From NCBI GenBank assembly GCA_040437565.1, contig JBDOQK010000021.1:372001-436000 (forward strand): a stretch of 64,000 bases of DNA, in the 5' to 3' direction. Positions 23,317-35,234 of this stretch are shown here, piece after piece (within the stretch, counting starts at the first letter, position 1; every line of letters starts with the position of its first letter). The notes beneath the pieces were generated by a model that was not told the DNA's origin, searched no databases, and saw only the letters and a program-made list of their open reading frames with translations. The stretch is from Albugo candida (lineage: Eukaryota). The position numbers and the translations under genes were made by a program.

Positions 23317-24690
23317 GCAATTGCAAAAGCTTTCGTAGAGGAGAATGTATTGACGTCCCTTGTCCAGATTCTTGAGAGATTTGGAAAAGTCGATGTGGCT
23401 GAAATAAACAATGAGGAAAACATGGAACAGGATGATCAAGAAGACAAGGAACACGAGACTCCAAGAATTATTTACCATATTGATTACAAATTTTTGAGAA
23501 TATGGCTGAAGTAGCTCCTGACTCATGTGTGAGTATCTGCAGTGAGAATACGTGTCTGTCTTATCTTGTCCGATTGATTGCCGAAAAAGAAAGTATTGCG
23601 TTGGAGCGTAAGAGTGGGGAAGGTGCAGTCGCATTCCCCCAGAATAAGCTGTACGCGAGCCAAGTACTGTCAATAATGCTTCAAGTAGCAAATCCCGTTC
23701 AAGAAGCGTTTATGGATGATGGGATTAAGAAGAAGAAAACTGACCGGTTTGACAAATCACTCCGTATTATTGCTTCACACCGCAAACAAAATCCCTCCTC
23801 TGAAGACGAAGAAGAATTTCTTGAGAGCATATGTAATGCTTTGTGCACTCTTTTGCTGAAACAAGAGGGGAAAGAATCGATTTCGTCATTTGAAAAGACT
23901 TGAGCTCCTGTTACGGCTTCTCAAAGATCGATCATCATTCATGTAAGCCGGAGCCCTTCGCCTGCTGGATCATTCACTTATGGAAAGCCCTCGGAATTGC
24001 GAGCATTTGGTAGAGATCGGCGGTCTGAGACATAGTTTTTCGATTCTCATGGGCAAAACAGGTCGATACAGATCGCGTCACGTAACGAAGGGAACATTGG
24101 AGAGGGTTCAAGAGAAGCAAGAAGAGTACACTATCAACATCATAACATCGATGTGTGTATCGTTCGGAAGAAGCACGAGCGGATGGTTTTGCTCAATTTC
24201 ATTCAAAACTGATGGAAAAAGAGTATGAAAAGTTGGATCGCTTGATCGACTTGTTTGCAAGGTATCACAAACGCGTGCAAGAAGAGGAGACAGAAACCGA
24301 CCTACAGGATGCAGAAAAAGAAAACAATCATAGAGAAGGAACAGCTACTACGTCGATTAGACGCTGGTCTATTCACCTTGCAGCGCCTTGACTTCGTGTT
24401 GGCTCATTGTTGTGTATTTTCGGAAAAAATGAACGGCAACACAGTTATTAAATTCCATGAACGCCAGCTAGAATTTGAGTCCTTGAACTTGATTCTTCAT
24501 GAACAACTTGGTTTGATGCTATCAGATGAGAACCAGGAAAACGTCGAGTCACAAGACCGCCTCAAAAGCCATTTACAAGCGCTCTGTGATCGATTTTCCG
24601 CGCATGAAGAAATTGGTCAAATTCCTAATTCTGACACGAACGTAGTAAACGAACTTGTAATTGCTGAAGAAAAACAACTTCTTAATCCGA
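23317..24690 (+). pseudogene. CTNNBL1: Beta-catenin-like protein 1 (Prp19 complex) pseudogene; 5' end lost in the gap
   Basis: NKLYASQVLSIMLQ, NPSSEDEEEFLESICNALC, NCEHLVEIGGL, EKEYEKLDRLIDL and RRLDAGLFTLQ are spread over several frameshifted ORFs. The 3' end is approximate. Confidence 0.88.
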
Positions 24691-24699
24691 TCGATCATT

Positions 24700-25247
24700 A
24701 TGCTACTTCAGGAACCAAGGACGCCACGGTGAGATATCATATCGGCGCACGCTTACAAGACAGCGCCGAAGACGGGATTTTCTTTCTCGTTGGCGTCTGG
24801 AGCGGCCGTGTTCGCAGCTATTAAGTACTGGCCAACTTTTCGCAACAGGTTGAGTGTGAGTGGGAAGACTGCTCTAATCATATCATCCTTTTTAGGCCAT
24901 TCGCCGTCACTTTAGAACAAAGAATTGTTGCCGGTGCTCGTACTCCCGAGCGGTACCTAGCAGCGATGGATTCCGATTATGTTCGCGAGAAACTGGCATC
25001 GGGGCATCATTTGTTACCGCATCATCGGCTAGCTAACTACATCTACGATTATCCATATAAAACAATTACTGTCCTTGGCGTTCCTATCGTTGGTGCAATA
25101 TACTTGACACAACGATCAAACGCAGCAATTAAAGTTTCACAGCAAGTCATGCAGGCTCGAGTTTATGGTCAGGGAGCTCTATTGTGTTTGCCGCTGAGCT
25201 CTATGGCTTTTCAAGATTATATGTCCCACCGCGGTCGATTTCAATGA
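24700..25247 (+). pseudogene. HIG1-domain mitochondrial membrane protein pseudogene
   Basis: RNRLSVSGKTALII...SQQVMQARVYGQG is a HIG1-type signature. There is an in-frame TGA at codon 11 and a frameshift near 24897. Confidence 0.75.
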
Positions 25248-26469
25248 TTATATGCTCTTCCGTGTTATAATTCTTTAATATAGTCTGCAGTGGGTACATT
25301 AGGACCAACTCTTCTTATCAGCTGTCCAACAGAGGTGGTCTTTTCTGAACTAAGCGATTACGCACAACCACCAGAATTCTACTTCGTACTGGTCCATCGA
25401 TATGACATTCGTTTGACAGTAAGAAATGTTGAGAAATGCTAAATCTGCTTGCAATCTTATTATATATACTATGGCGCTCGATTCCAAAGTCATTCGGATG
25501 CGTTTGGCATAGTAATCTATAACCTCACTCCGTCATGCCGTCTTTGGGTTTGATGCATGCATTTTGTGATCAACGAGCTGACTAACAACATCGTAACATT
25601 TCGCCAAAAGTAGAAAACGTGGAAAGCCCCAGGCAGATGTATGAGAAGATGATACATGGCAGATACTTTTTTAGTATTTCAATACACACGAGAGCTTCGT
25701 TATCTACAAGTACTAGCAAACTTGCAGAAAAGGTGAGCTTTGTTCTGGTTATCCACGCTCTATGCTGGTACTATGAGCATGAAAATTTGATGCAGAAATA
25801 CTCTCGGTCAGATTATCATTGTTGATTTTATAGTGTACGTTTGACGCAAGTCAACCCGCCCTAACATTCCTTATAAAGTCTCTCAGACCAAAGTAGACGC
25901 AGCTAATGCGAAAGATGACACATTGACAAAAAGGATGAAAAGTCTTGACGATATAAAATGAATGATGCGGTAGCGGAAATCAATGGGTGCATCATCATCC
26001 GATGAATTTGTAAAGAAGGGCTTCATATAAAACTTGCATCTCCTCCTTCTCGCTGCATCACAAATTGAGAATAGATAATTGCATCTACGAGCACCCTTCG
26101 CTTATATAAATATCATTTAAAGAAGTTATCATTTCACGAACGACCGGAACCTCTCAATACAACACGAGTAATAAGATCGCAATACAGATGCGCGAAAGTG
26201 TATGACGCTAAATCAGTTATTGTTTGTGTAGTCAGAATTCTGGTCAAGCAAGAATGAGTACGGACTGGACTATTTTGCAATAATACATGCACGCTACATC
26301 ATGATTTTATCAGGTTCCGTACCTACTCCGAGCGATGTTGAATCGGAGCTTCATTCCCATTATGTAACGAAGTACGCAATCATTCCGAAGATCCGATCAG
26401 ATATCAAGTTGCAGGTAAAATGCGCAATCGAATGTTTGCACTGATATTGACCCAGAAGATGTTTGCCAT

Positions 26470-27640
26470 CCTTCGCTACTATACATACGATAATTGTCAG
26501 ATTTTCGCACCAACAAACTATTAACGTTGAAATTTCGTGCTTATATTTAATTGAGTACTTTTCAAGAAAGTTAAATCTATGGAAAGTATCTGCATAAGCA
26601 AATGGGATGGAAGCAGAAGCCAGTATTTTTTTTCAGCGATTATAATTAGTCTAATTGCGATATGAATGCGTGGCCCACACCAATGGTAGAGGGTATAGAT
26701 TGTGGGCAAGTCTTACGCGACATGTTGCTCTCTGCCTATGCTTTTACCGATCAGTATCACAGCTGTGTGTCTCAGTGTAATCGCTGCAGTCGCTCGTCCG
26801 TCAAATATGTCTAATTGAATTTCGTATGTTGCGTTCGTGCTTTGTCGTATGTGTTATGGTGAAATTCGGAATACGGAAAATATACATTTTTTGCCAGAGT
26901 ATATGTATGTACAGTTGTCCCTTCGATATGTCACATTCCAAAAGTTCGTCGCAGAATGATGGAGAGCCGAAACCCTGGTGTATGCTTTAGCAACTTTGTT
27001 AAGCAAAAGTTTATATGCTTCGATAATATTGGTAAAGGCTGTCGTGCCACTCAGCTGTTCATGCGCTTTTCTTTCATAAAGGCGAGAAAACCTACAAAAT
27101 CGTGATTCACACTCGGGTCTTGTGCATAGAACACAGTATGAATATCTCTCATATTTCAAGCACTTAGCAAGAACGAAGAGCTCCATCAACCCATCTTGTT
27201 TGATGATTACCAAAATCTTTCCGGCATTGTCTTGCATAGCGATTCTATGCATACAAGCTCGAAAAATTAGTAATGGTCATGTCGATATAGAAGATCTGCT
27301 CTCATACGTAAATGGAAAAGGTATTTCTGTTGAGAACACTTATCCATTTGACTTCAGCATGCTCAATATCGTGGATAAAAAGTTAACTCTTACGCTGAAC
27401 TTCACTGGAACATATCTGGACGCTGACAAACTTGCACTAATCACTCTACCGATTCTTCTGAACGTCAAAATTGATACATGCTCCAGTAAGACTCCAGATG
27501 TGTCATACACACTGAGGGATGATGCAAAAAAATAAACTGGTCCGCCAGTCTATGGGTTCCACTGATCTAGTCAACGGATTGACGTCACAAGATATAACAG
27601 CCTTTCGTACCTCCTGTCGTGAAATGTACTAATTTTGAGT
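26470..27640 (+). repeat. Diverged segmental duplication, copy 1 (upstream region, gene B and 3' flank)
   Basis: Shares collinear blocks with 35235-36325: GCTTTTACCGATCAG, TATGTTGCGTTCGTGCTTTG, AGAGCC.AA.CCCT.GT.TAT.CTTT, ACTCAGCTGTT, AAAATCGTG, CAACCCATC, CTGTCGTGAA. Ends are approximate. Confidence 0.8.
27203..27535 (+). CDS. Small secreted protein, family member B (110 aa; ancestral stop probably at 27565)
   Basis: Signal peptide MITKIFPALSCIAILCIQA; LNIVDK shared with member C; motif VKIDTCSSKTP. Confidence 0.85.
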   Translation: MITKIFPALSCIAILCIQARKISNGHVDIEDLLSYVNGKGISVENTYPFDFSMLNIVDKKLTLTLNFTGTYLDADKLALITLPILLNVKIDTCSSKTPDVSYTLRDDAKK

Positions 27641-28200
27641 TGGATGTAAGTAAAAAATACATTTGTTTCTCTATTTTGGACATTAATGCACACTGCAAAC
27701 TCTTATTGATTTTATGATATTCTAAGAATCATAGTCGACTCCTAGGCGTAACGTTTACTGATAGGCAAATAAAATGAATCACGTCCGTGATTGGTTGATA
27801 GAGCCGATGCAGACAGAAATGCCATTTCAAATGTCGTGTAGTTTGGTGTCATGGATTGTCATTCTAGTTTACGATTTGTAAGACTACCCAATACATGAAT
27901 AGAGGAATGCTATGAGCTCGTTCACATACAAAGAAGATCAGTCTATCGACGATCCTCCCCATCGCACCTCTTTTCATTGAAACTCTGGAAACAAGACTCC
28001 GTGTGGAGCGAACGATGGAGGACCTCTCAAACGTATGACTAGAAAGCAACACGTTCGATAATTCGGCAGCTGCGGATACCAGACTGTGACGACAACGAAG
28101 TCGCTGATTGTATCAGGACGGTGTCTGCTCATCAAATTATCATGATAAGTAGTCTAGGATCAAATGGTGAATAGTATCTACCTAACATAGTCAACCAGGA

Positions 28201-28685
28201 GCTTTCAATCCTTATCCTAGTTAGAGGGCTACATTTAACATAGTGTCCAAAACACCAATATGGTGGAGAGTGTTTAAAGTGCACTTCAAGCCTACGAAGA
28301 AGTTGCTGTACTAGCTAAGCCGAAAGTGTTTATTAGATCAATAACACCTGTAACATGTGATATTATGTCCTCGTGTTGGCAGCTGTTGACCCGATATGCG
28401 CAAGCGAAGGTAAACTGTGAAGTTATTAAATATTGTTGGTCGTTAGTTCGCAAACAGCTTTCCTACTTCTAAGCCACTCATATTTTGTACTAGGCACACT
28501 ATACCAGTCCCACATCATGCAGTGTAATATCAAGAGCAGCCTTTCATTGCGGCCAACCACAATACGAGACTATGTATAAAATGTAAGAAATACTGTTTGT
28601 ATTGACCAAAAACACCGTCTCCAACATTGGTGTTTTGAACACTATCTCAATGTGGCCCTCCGACTAGGACAACGATTGGAGTTGC
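28201..28685. mobile_element. MITE-like element with about 75 bp imperfect terminal inverted repeats
   Basis: 28201-28275 (..TCCTAGTTAGAGGGCTACATTTAACATAGTGTCCAAAACACCAAT..) matches the reverse complement of 28610-28685 (..TCCTAGTCGGAGGGCCACATTGAGATAGTGTTCAAAACACCAAT..). No coding capacity. Confidence 0.75.
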
Positions 28686-28779
28686 ACTTGCATTTTTGCT
28701 TGCGGTTGTCTTACCCGCAGCGATAATCATCGAGGTTTGAAGATCTCAATGTGTTCGAGATGATTTAGCAGTTCTTCTA

Positions 28780-31700
28780 TCTTAATGGCCGACTTTCGAT
28801 GAAAAAAAAACACTGTCTTCGATACTACCGAACGTGCCCGTTAAACGCGTTGTAAATGACGAAAGAACTGAAAGTCCGAGATTGCCGATCTCTGATTGAG
28901 CGATTGATGAGTATGATCGGACAGGAAGGAAGTCAGTGTCAGTGCCTGCAATATGCGAGCCACAACTTGGATAAAATTTGCATATACTATCCATTTCGTC
29001 CATATCGTCGGCAAGATACCACATGACCGGGCAATCTTTGTCCAGCGCATTCTGGCATAGGAAAAGTTGGTCAAATCGGGAGGAGCTCCAGCTATGTTTT
29101 TGTCGTATGGTTGCGCTCGAAAAAGAGATGTTGATCTGATTCCATTGCTTTACGCGAATCGAATGCCAAGCGCATAGTATAATGCAGGTCGATATATCTT
29201 ACATGAAGCAGAGGTAGCTTGGACTAGAAGTATCCGGAAGGCCAGAAGATATAGTACCTTTTAGATATAGTCAAGATGCGTTTTCAAAGATCTCGTGATG
29301 TAGCCACAACCACTCGAAACCGTTTTGTATCTGTTGCGTCGGATCCCTCTCGACTTGGCCAATCTACCAGCAGGGGTGGGTTTTGATTACTTCATGAGTT
29401 TTATGACAAATCAAAAAAGTTTCAAGCGTGGTGAGATATTATTTCAATTTGCTTTCTACTCTACCAGAAAACGTTCATCTACTTGAGCTCGATTGTGATT
29501 CGCCAATAGACGAGTGGATGTGCAGCAGTAAATAGTCGACTTTATTGTTAAGTCTTCCCCTCAATCTTCTCCAGCCATGGTCAATTTATTTGCGTTTGTG
29601 ATCAACTGCTTTCTTCGTAGCCCATGTATCGCTAATAATTCGAAGCACATCCTAGACTTCGAATTCTCGAAATCTGCAGTGACCGGTTCTAATAGGTCTG
29701 CTGTAGCTTGTTACCTTGCAGAAACTTTAGCCACCATTTTGCGCACTTGGACTACGACCCCAGCTTAGCCGTATAAAGCCGGAAGTCGCAGTATAAGCAT
29801 TCTGTTACGCGAAGTACTACTAATGGTATTATAATACATTCAACTGCGGAATTGCAATGCTTTGAGATTCCTGATGCCACATTTAGATAGCTAGTCTCCA
29901 CCAAGAAGATATGAAACTAAATCAAGTCGATGTCTGGCCGAACGAAATGCCCTTGAAAATCCTTCGGACACATTATAGTTGAATTGAGAATGCGAGTCAG
30001 CGGCATGGCGGATACAACGAATACAACGAATATAAATTTGAATTTCGCACCCGATCCATCGCAATAGACTTGAACGAGTTCGAGTTGCGTCAAAACACCA
30101 TTTGGTGTCTCTGAAAGCAATGTCGAATCGTCCGCAAAAAATAATCCAGTTGCAACAGTCGTGCCATTAATCCAAATGCCATGTTCTTCATGTTGGCGAA
30201 GTAAATTTCCCAAAGGTTTGATCGTCATTAGAAAAAGTAATGCTGATAGAGAATCAACTTATGTCACTGCACGTTGTAGTGTAATGGACGGTGTGATATT
30301 TCCATGAATCATCAATTGCACCTTTGTGTTTTCATACAAAATACGAACCCAGTCGAATCGGGCTGTGATAAATCATTCTTTTGTGCTTCTGATAGCAGAG
30401 TAAGAACGGTCAGCTAAAGACCGTCGAGCTTTAACAGCGTTGAACTTGATCTAGATACCATGTTCTCCGTGTTTGCGTAGTGAATTACCTAAAGGTTTGA
30501 TTCCATCAGAAGAAATATAGATTCGAGATTGTTTCACTTCAAAGTGTGAGGTAATGGACTATGCAGTATGTTCTTTTCATAACCATCAACTGTGTCTTGT
30601 GTTGATGTACAAGTGGCTAACCCGGTCGATGAAACCTTTCGCAGTGCGATTCATGTACGTCTAATTAACTCGGCTATAAGCTTTTATAAATTCGAAAAAG
30701 TTGCGTAGACTTCTTTATTAAGTTGAGTAACAAGTCTTGTATGTCGGTGGAAAACGAATTTGATAAAAAGATAATTGCAGAGTGACGTGTGATCGGAGCG
30801 GGTTGGTTTCTCTGTTTAGAGTTCGAGCACAATATTCAAAAACTCACAACACAGTTTTGGATCAATTCGATAGTATGTAGTTGGTCTTTTATCCATTACT
30901 GGACATGAACTACTCCGCATGTGCATGATCGCTTCCGCCTTCTCGGTCGTACTTACGCAAGTCGACAGATAGTCTTGCTTTTCTGTCTCGAGGAAAGATC
31001 GAATCGAATCCATCTCCTCATTAATTTTGTGTGCACGGGCAAGCTGAGTCAACCTACGAGATACCGAGCGAGCCCAAAACACTTCATGATTATCCTCACA
31101 TCCGTGGAAATGTCACTCGAGTTCAATTAGACCCTGCCACATTATTTTATAAATTTGTCGATCCGATGATAGAATGAGATATCCCGATGACGAAAAATGT
31201 TTTTGTTGAAGCTTTTCGTATGCTTCATATGATGCCGGAGATTGGAGATTTATCTTTTCTGTATATGGCTCGAAATACCAAGTGTTGGGATCCTCGATTC
31301 AAGTAATTGCCACGACTGATTGCTGTATTTTGCGTGATAATGAGCTGCTGCAGTTTCCAAAAATGCTGGATGAACTCAACTTCATGTCCGCTATCTCAGA
31401 CAAGATTCTTACAACTGCTTCTAGCCGTTTTCGAATACACATATTCCAGATTCAAAATCGCTCGAAGAAAACTGTACTCGCACCAATATCGCTTCCAATC
31501 GAATTGCTTCAACAGCTTGAAAAATGAATGATCGCAATCAAAATTATCGATATACTCTTCATGAAGATTGATTTAGATCTTCATTGTTCACTTTCTGTGC
31601 CAGGTTATCCCATGCATGTCGTCGCTGAAAATATACAAAGTCTGTGTAAACCATATTGAATAGCCATAGCAGCAATCAGATGTAGTTTTAGACGATTCTT

Positions 31701-31900
31701 GCGCGATAATGTTCCTGGAGATACTTTCTCAATCAGATATTGATTTCACAAGCGTCTGTACCACCCAACTAAGAAAGCCAGTACAAATCCGCTGATCTGT
31801 CTGACTCGTGACGATTGCTTTAGTCGAAGCATCCACAGCTGGATCGTGTGCTGCAATCAACAAATGTCAGATGTGCAATTGCTAGAGGAAATACTACTTT
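28780..31900 (-). mobile_element. Degenerate non-LTR retrotransposon (LINE, L1/Tx1-like) ORF2 relic
   Basis: RT motifs YATF..F.KAY.RV, WVRILY, (QGD)SLSALLFLMTI.PL, GLFFADDSTL and YCDGSGAK, with many stops and frameshifts. Boundaries are approximate. Confidence 0.8.
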
Positions 31901-34900
31901 CCTAAGCTTTCATCGTGCAGATACCTTCTGAAAATACATCGGTGAACCGTGATTGAGTTCTCCAGCTTTTTTANNNNNNNNNNNNNNNNNNNNNNNNNNN
32001 NNNNNNNNNNNNNNNNNNNNNNNNNNNNNNNNNNNNNNNNNNNNNNNNNNNNNNNNNNNNNNNNNNNNNNNNNAAGCATCCACAGCTGGATCGTGTGCTG
32101 CAATCAACAAATGTCAGATGTGCAATTGCTAGAGGAAATACTACTTTCCTAAGCTTTCATCGTGCAGATACCTTCTGAAAATACATCGGTGAACCGTGAT
32201 TGAGTTCTCCAGCTTTTTTAAACTGGAAAAATCCGAACTAGGAAATTTATCAAATTGCCACTTCAACTCTAACTTCCATGCAGCAATATATTGTGCGTCT
32301 CGGTGACGAAAATGTTCAGCTACGTTTGGGATTGTGTTAAAAAAAGGAAATGTTTCCACTTGATTGTAGAATAAATTTCGGAAAGATGTGATGATAGGAT
32401 GTTTCGATAGCAAATGACCATTTTTGTGGTTATCGTTGACATCAACCGAGAGTGCTGGAAGTCATTTCACGTTAGTTACTTGCAATATATGGCTATGTAT
32501 TATACACTCTTAATCGCCTAATGACTCTTCGTTTATTTTGTGGACATAGAGCAAGCAGCACGAAAGTTCTTGGTCTTCAACTTCCACGATGTGGGATGGA
32601 ATTTGATCACGCGAGAAATAGCTTCAATTGATTGACAAAATTGTTGGTCGTAAACACCATACCTTCTATTCGCTCGTATATAATTTATGCTGAAGTAGAC
32701 GAGAGATCACATTGGTTTCATCCTCCTCACTGCGCCACTTCCGTCTGACACTTCCCTTCACACTCTGCTCTCACTTCTTTTTCAGCTAATGTAAGGAATA
32801 CATTGGTGTAGAATTCGCATTGATAGGCCGAGATCCAAATCATCGGTGCGTCGATCAGTATCTGGAACCAAGTATCGCTGTTGATGAAAGCACTCAATTC
32901 TATTGCTCAAGTCAACTCGAGCAATATTTCTCGCGCTGAATTTCACCACTGAAATATTTCTATGAGATTTGTCCATGCACGTGACATTTACATTGGTATT
33001 CAAATGTGACGTCTTTCACAGATTGCGGACAGAGAAATACTCGAATGATTAAAACATTTACCGTCANNNNNNNNNNNNNNNNNNNNNNNNNNNNNNNNNN
33101 NNNNNNNNNNNNNNNNNNNNNNNNNNNNNNNNNNNNNNNNNNNNNNNNNNNNNNNNNNNNNNNNNNCACAGATATAAAGGGAAGAATTGGACTCCAATAA
33201 AAGTTTTTCCAAATACCTTCATTCAGCTCTCACCGCCTCCATGTGTCAATTTTCCCCGTTAATCTTTGGATTGTAGAAGCCACTACGGCTGCAATTTCAG
33301 TAGCGTCTGACTTCGTGATTCCATTCGAGCATTCAAACCGAGCAGCAAGCATCAAGACGGCCAAAAACTGTCGTTCCGAACGAATAAAGGAATCTTCCTT
33401 CACACTTGGAAAATGATCTTTCATATGCGATGTGCTCATATACTCTGCCATTTTTAAGGATGTGGGAAGGCACCGGAGTGTGCACTTGACACGTGGACAT
33501 CACCACGCCTTTGCTCGGTATAGCCTCTCTGAAGGAATCAAGTACCGCTCGCTGTCGCAGCTGTGAAGTAACATAAGCTTTTTATCTGTTCTAACTCCAT
33601 TACAGGTCGATAACGTTGAGTGAAGATTCGGATCCAGCGAAGCCGTGTTTTGCTGTAGATACTCCTAAAATGGCCCTTGACTGACACTCTAGCTGTCAAC
33701 ATGCACTCTACGTCGCAATCATCACCGTAATGTTGCCACCAATATTTTTGGGACCGAAACAATCGATCGACCGTCCAAGTGACGCTTAGGTACTGCATCG
33801 CCATGATAATTCACACGGTCAACATCCACTGGGAGTACGGGCCAATCCGCGATCCGTCTTGGAAAGCTGACTTTGCAATCTGCGAAGGCCTCGTCTCAGC
33901 GCCCGTTGCAGTCAAGATTGAATACTCTTGTTGCCATCGTCCGAATACAGTCGTGTATCAGATCTCGGAAGCTCCAAGTGTTGTGACGCTTTGGCCTGTA
34001 TTATTTCTTTACGTCAACATCTTGGACTCGGAGTTTACCATCTGCCTGTGACGAGTCATTGGTTTGAATAGCATTAGCAATGTAGGAACCAGGCAACACC
34101 CCGTCACAAAGGTTCCGTTCACGTTCTCGCAAATGACTAATGGCTCATAAAAATCATGCATCACCCAATTGCGGGGACCTCGTCAGGGTAGTCTCATCGT
34201 CACATATAGATTTTGAAACGTAACTTTGCTCACAAATGGTAATGTGATGCACTGTATTCAACAGGAAACGATCCGAAACGCTACTTTTCGAATTTGTCTT
34301 ACTGTGTTAGCACTTAAAAGAGTGTCCGGCAGATCTTTGAGTCGAAATCGGCAACTCGATAAATTGGGGGCGTTACAGGATACTGACGCATAAGGTCTAT
34401 CAGTACCGTTCTTGACTTTAGCAAGAGATGCATGTAATTATGAATGTGCCACTGATATGTCGCAAGTGTTTGTTTCTACCGTGCATGCACATTCTTGGTG
34501 TCTTTTGACTTTAGAGAATATTCTCAACTACGAACGATGGTCAATTCGAACGCAATCCCAACTCCAGGTGTATGATGAGTTCATAAGCTTCCACTTGATT
34601 TAGAGTCGATTTACGACATGGCTGCAGTGTACACAATTTCGATATGCTTTCGACTCGACACGTTTTTATGGGGAAGCTTCACGCGAAGGTACAACTCTAA
34701 ATCTCTAGAAAGCGAGAACCCCCCGCCTTCTTACGACATCCCAAGCGCTGCACTGCTCCTCGGCTCCGAAACTAAAAAGCATCTACATCTGTGTTGTTCT
34801 GAAAAAGTTACAAATAACTTCAGTCCCATATAGTAGAGACCTTTGACATTTTCGCAACGTTTTCGAGCGCACCAATCTTCACACAAAGTAACAGGTCCGA

Positions 34901-35234
34901 TCAGAAGTTTGATTTTTTGCCGACTAACGAGATTTGTTGTCTTTTTGATGCAAAGCATGTCGTCTTACACTAAATTTTATATCGTGTGCTATAGTCGAAA
35001 ACGCACTCGTTACTCCTTTCAACAGAGTAGAAGCTTTGTGGTGCAATTATACGCAACTGAATCAAGGAAGCGAGTTATAATCACTAATGGAACGTTGACA
35101 CATCAGCAGTACTACACTCATACAAGCTAGCAAAAGCGCGTCTATAAGTCGTATAGCCCATAGCTCGTACTTTATCTACTGATTATCGGTCCCAACCATC
35201 GTTATGTGCATAAGCGAGGGGAATATCCAACTGT

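Noticed and set aside
32141-34050. Possible LINE ORF1 upstream of the RT relic
   Set aside because: The strand and position fit, but I could identify no gag or zinc-knuckle motif.
33779-34051. ORF containing VAVKIEYSCCHRP, resembling the small secreted family motif
   Set aside because: No signal peptide, different Cys spacing and no CATAGARCAC upstream; likely coincidence.
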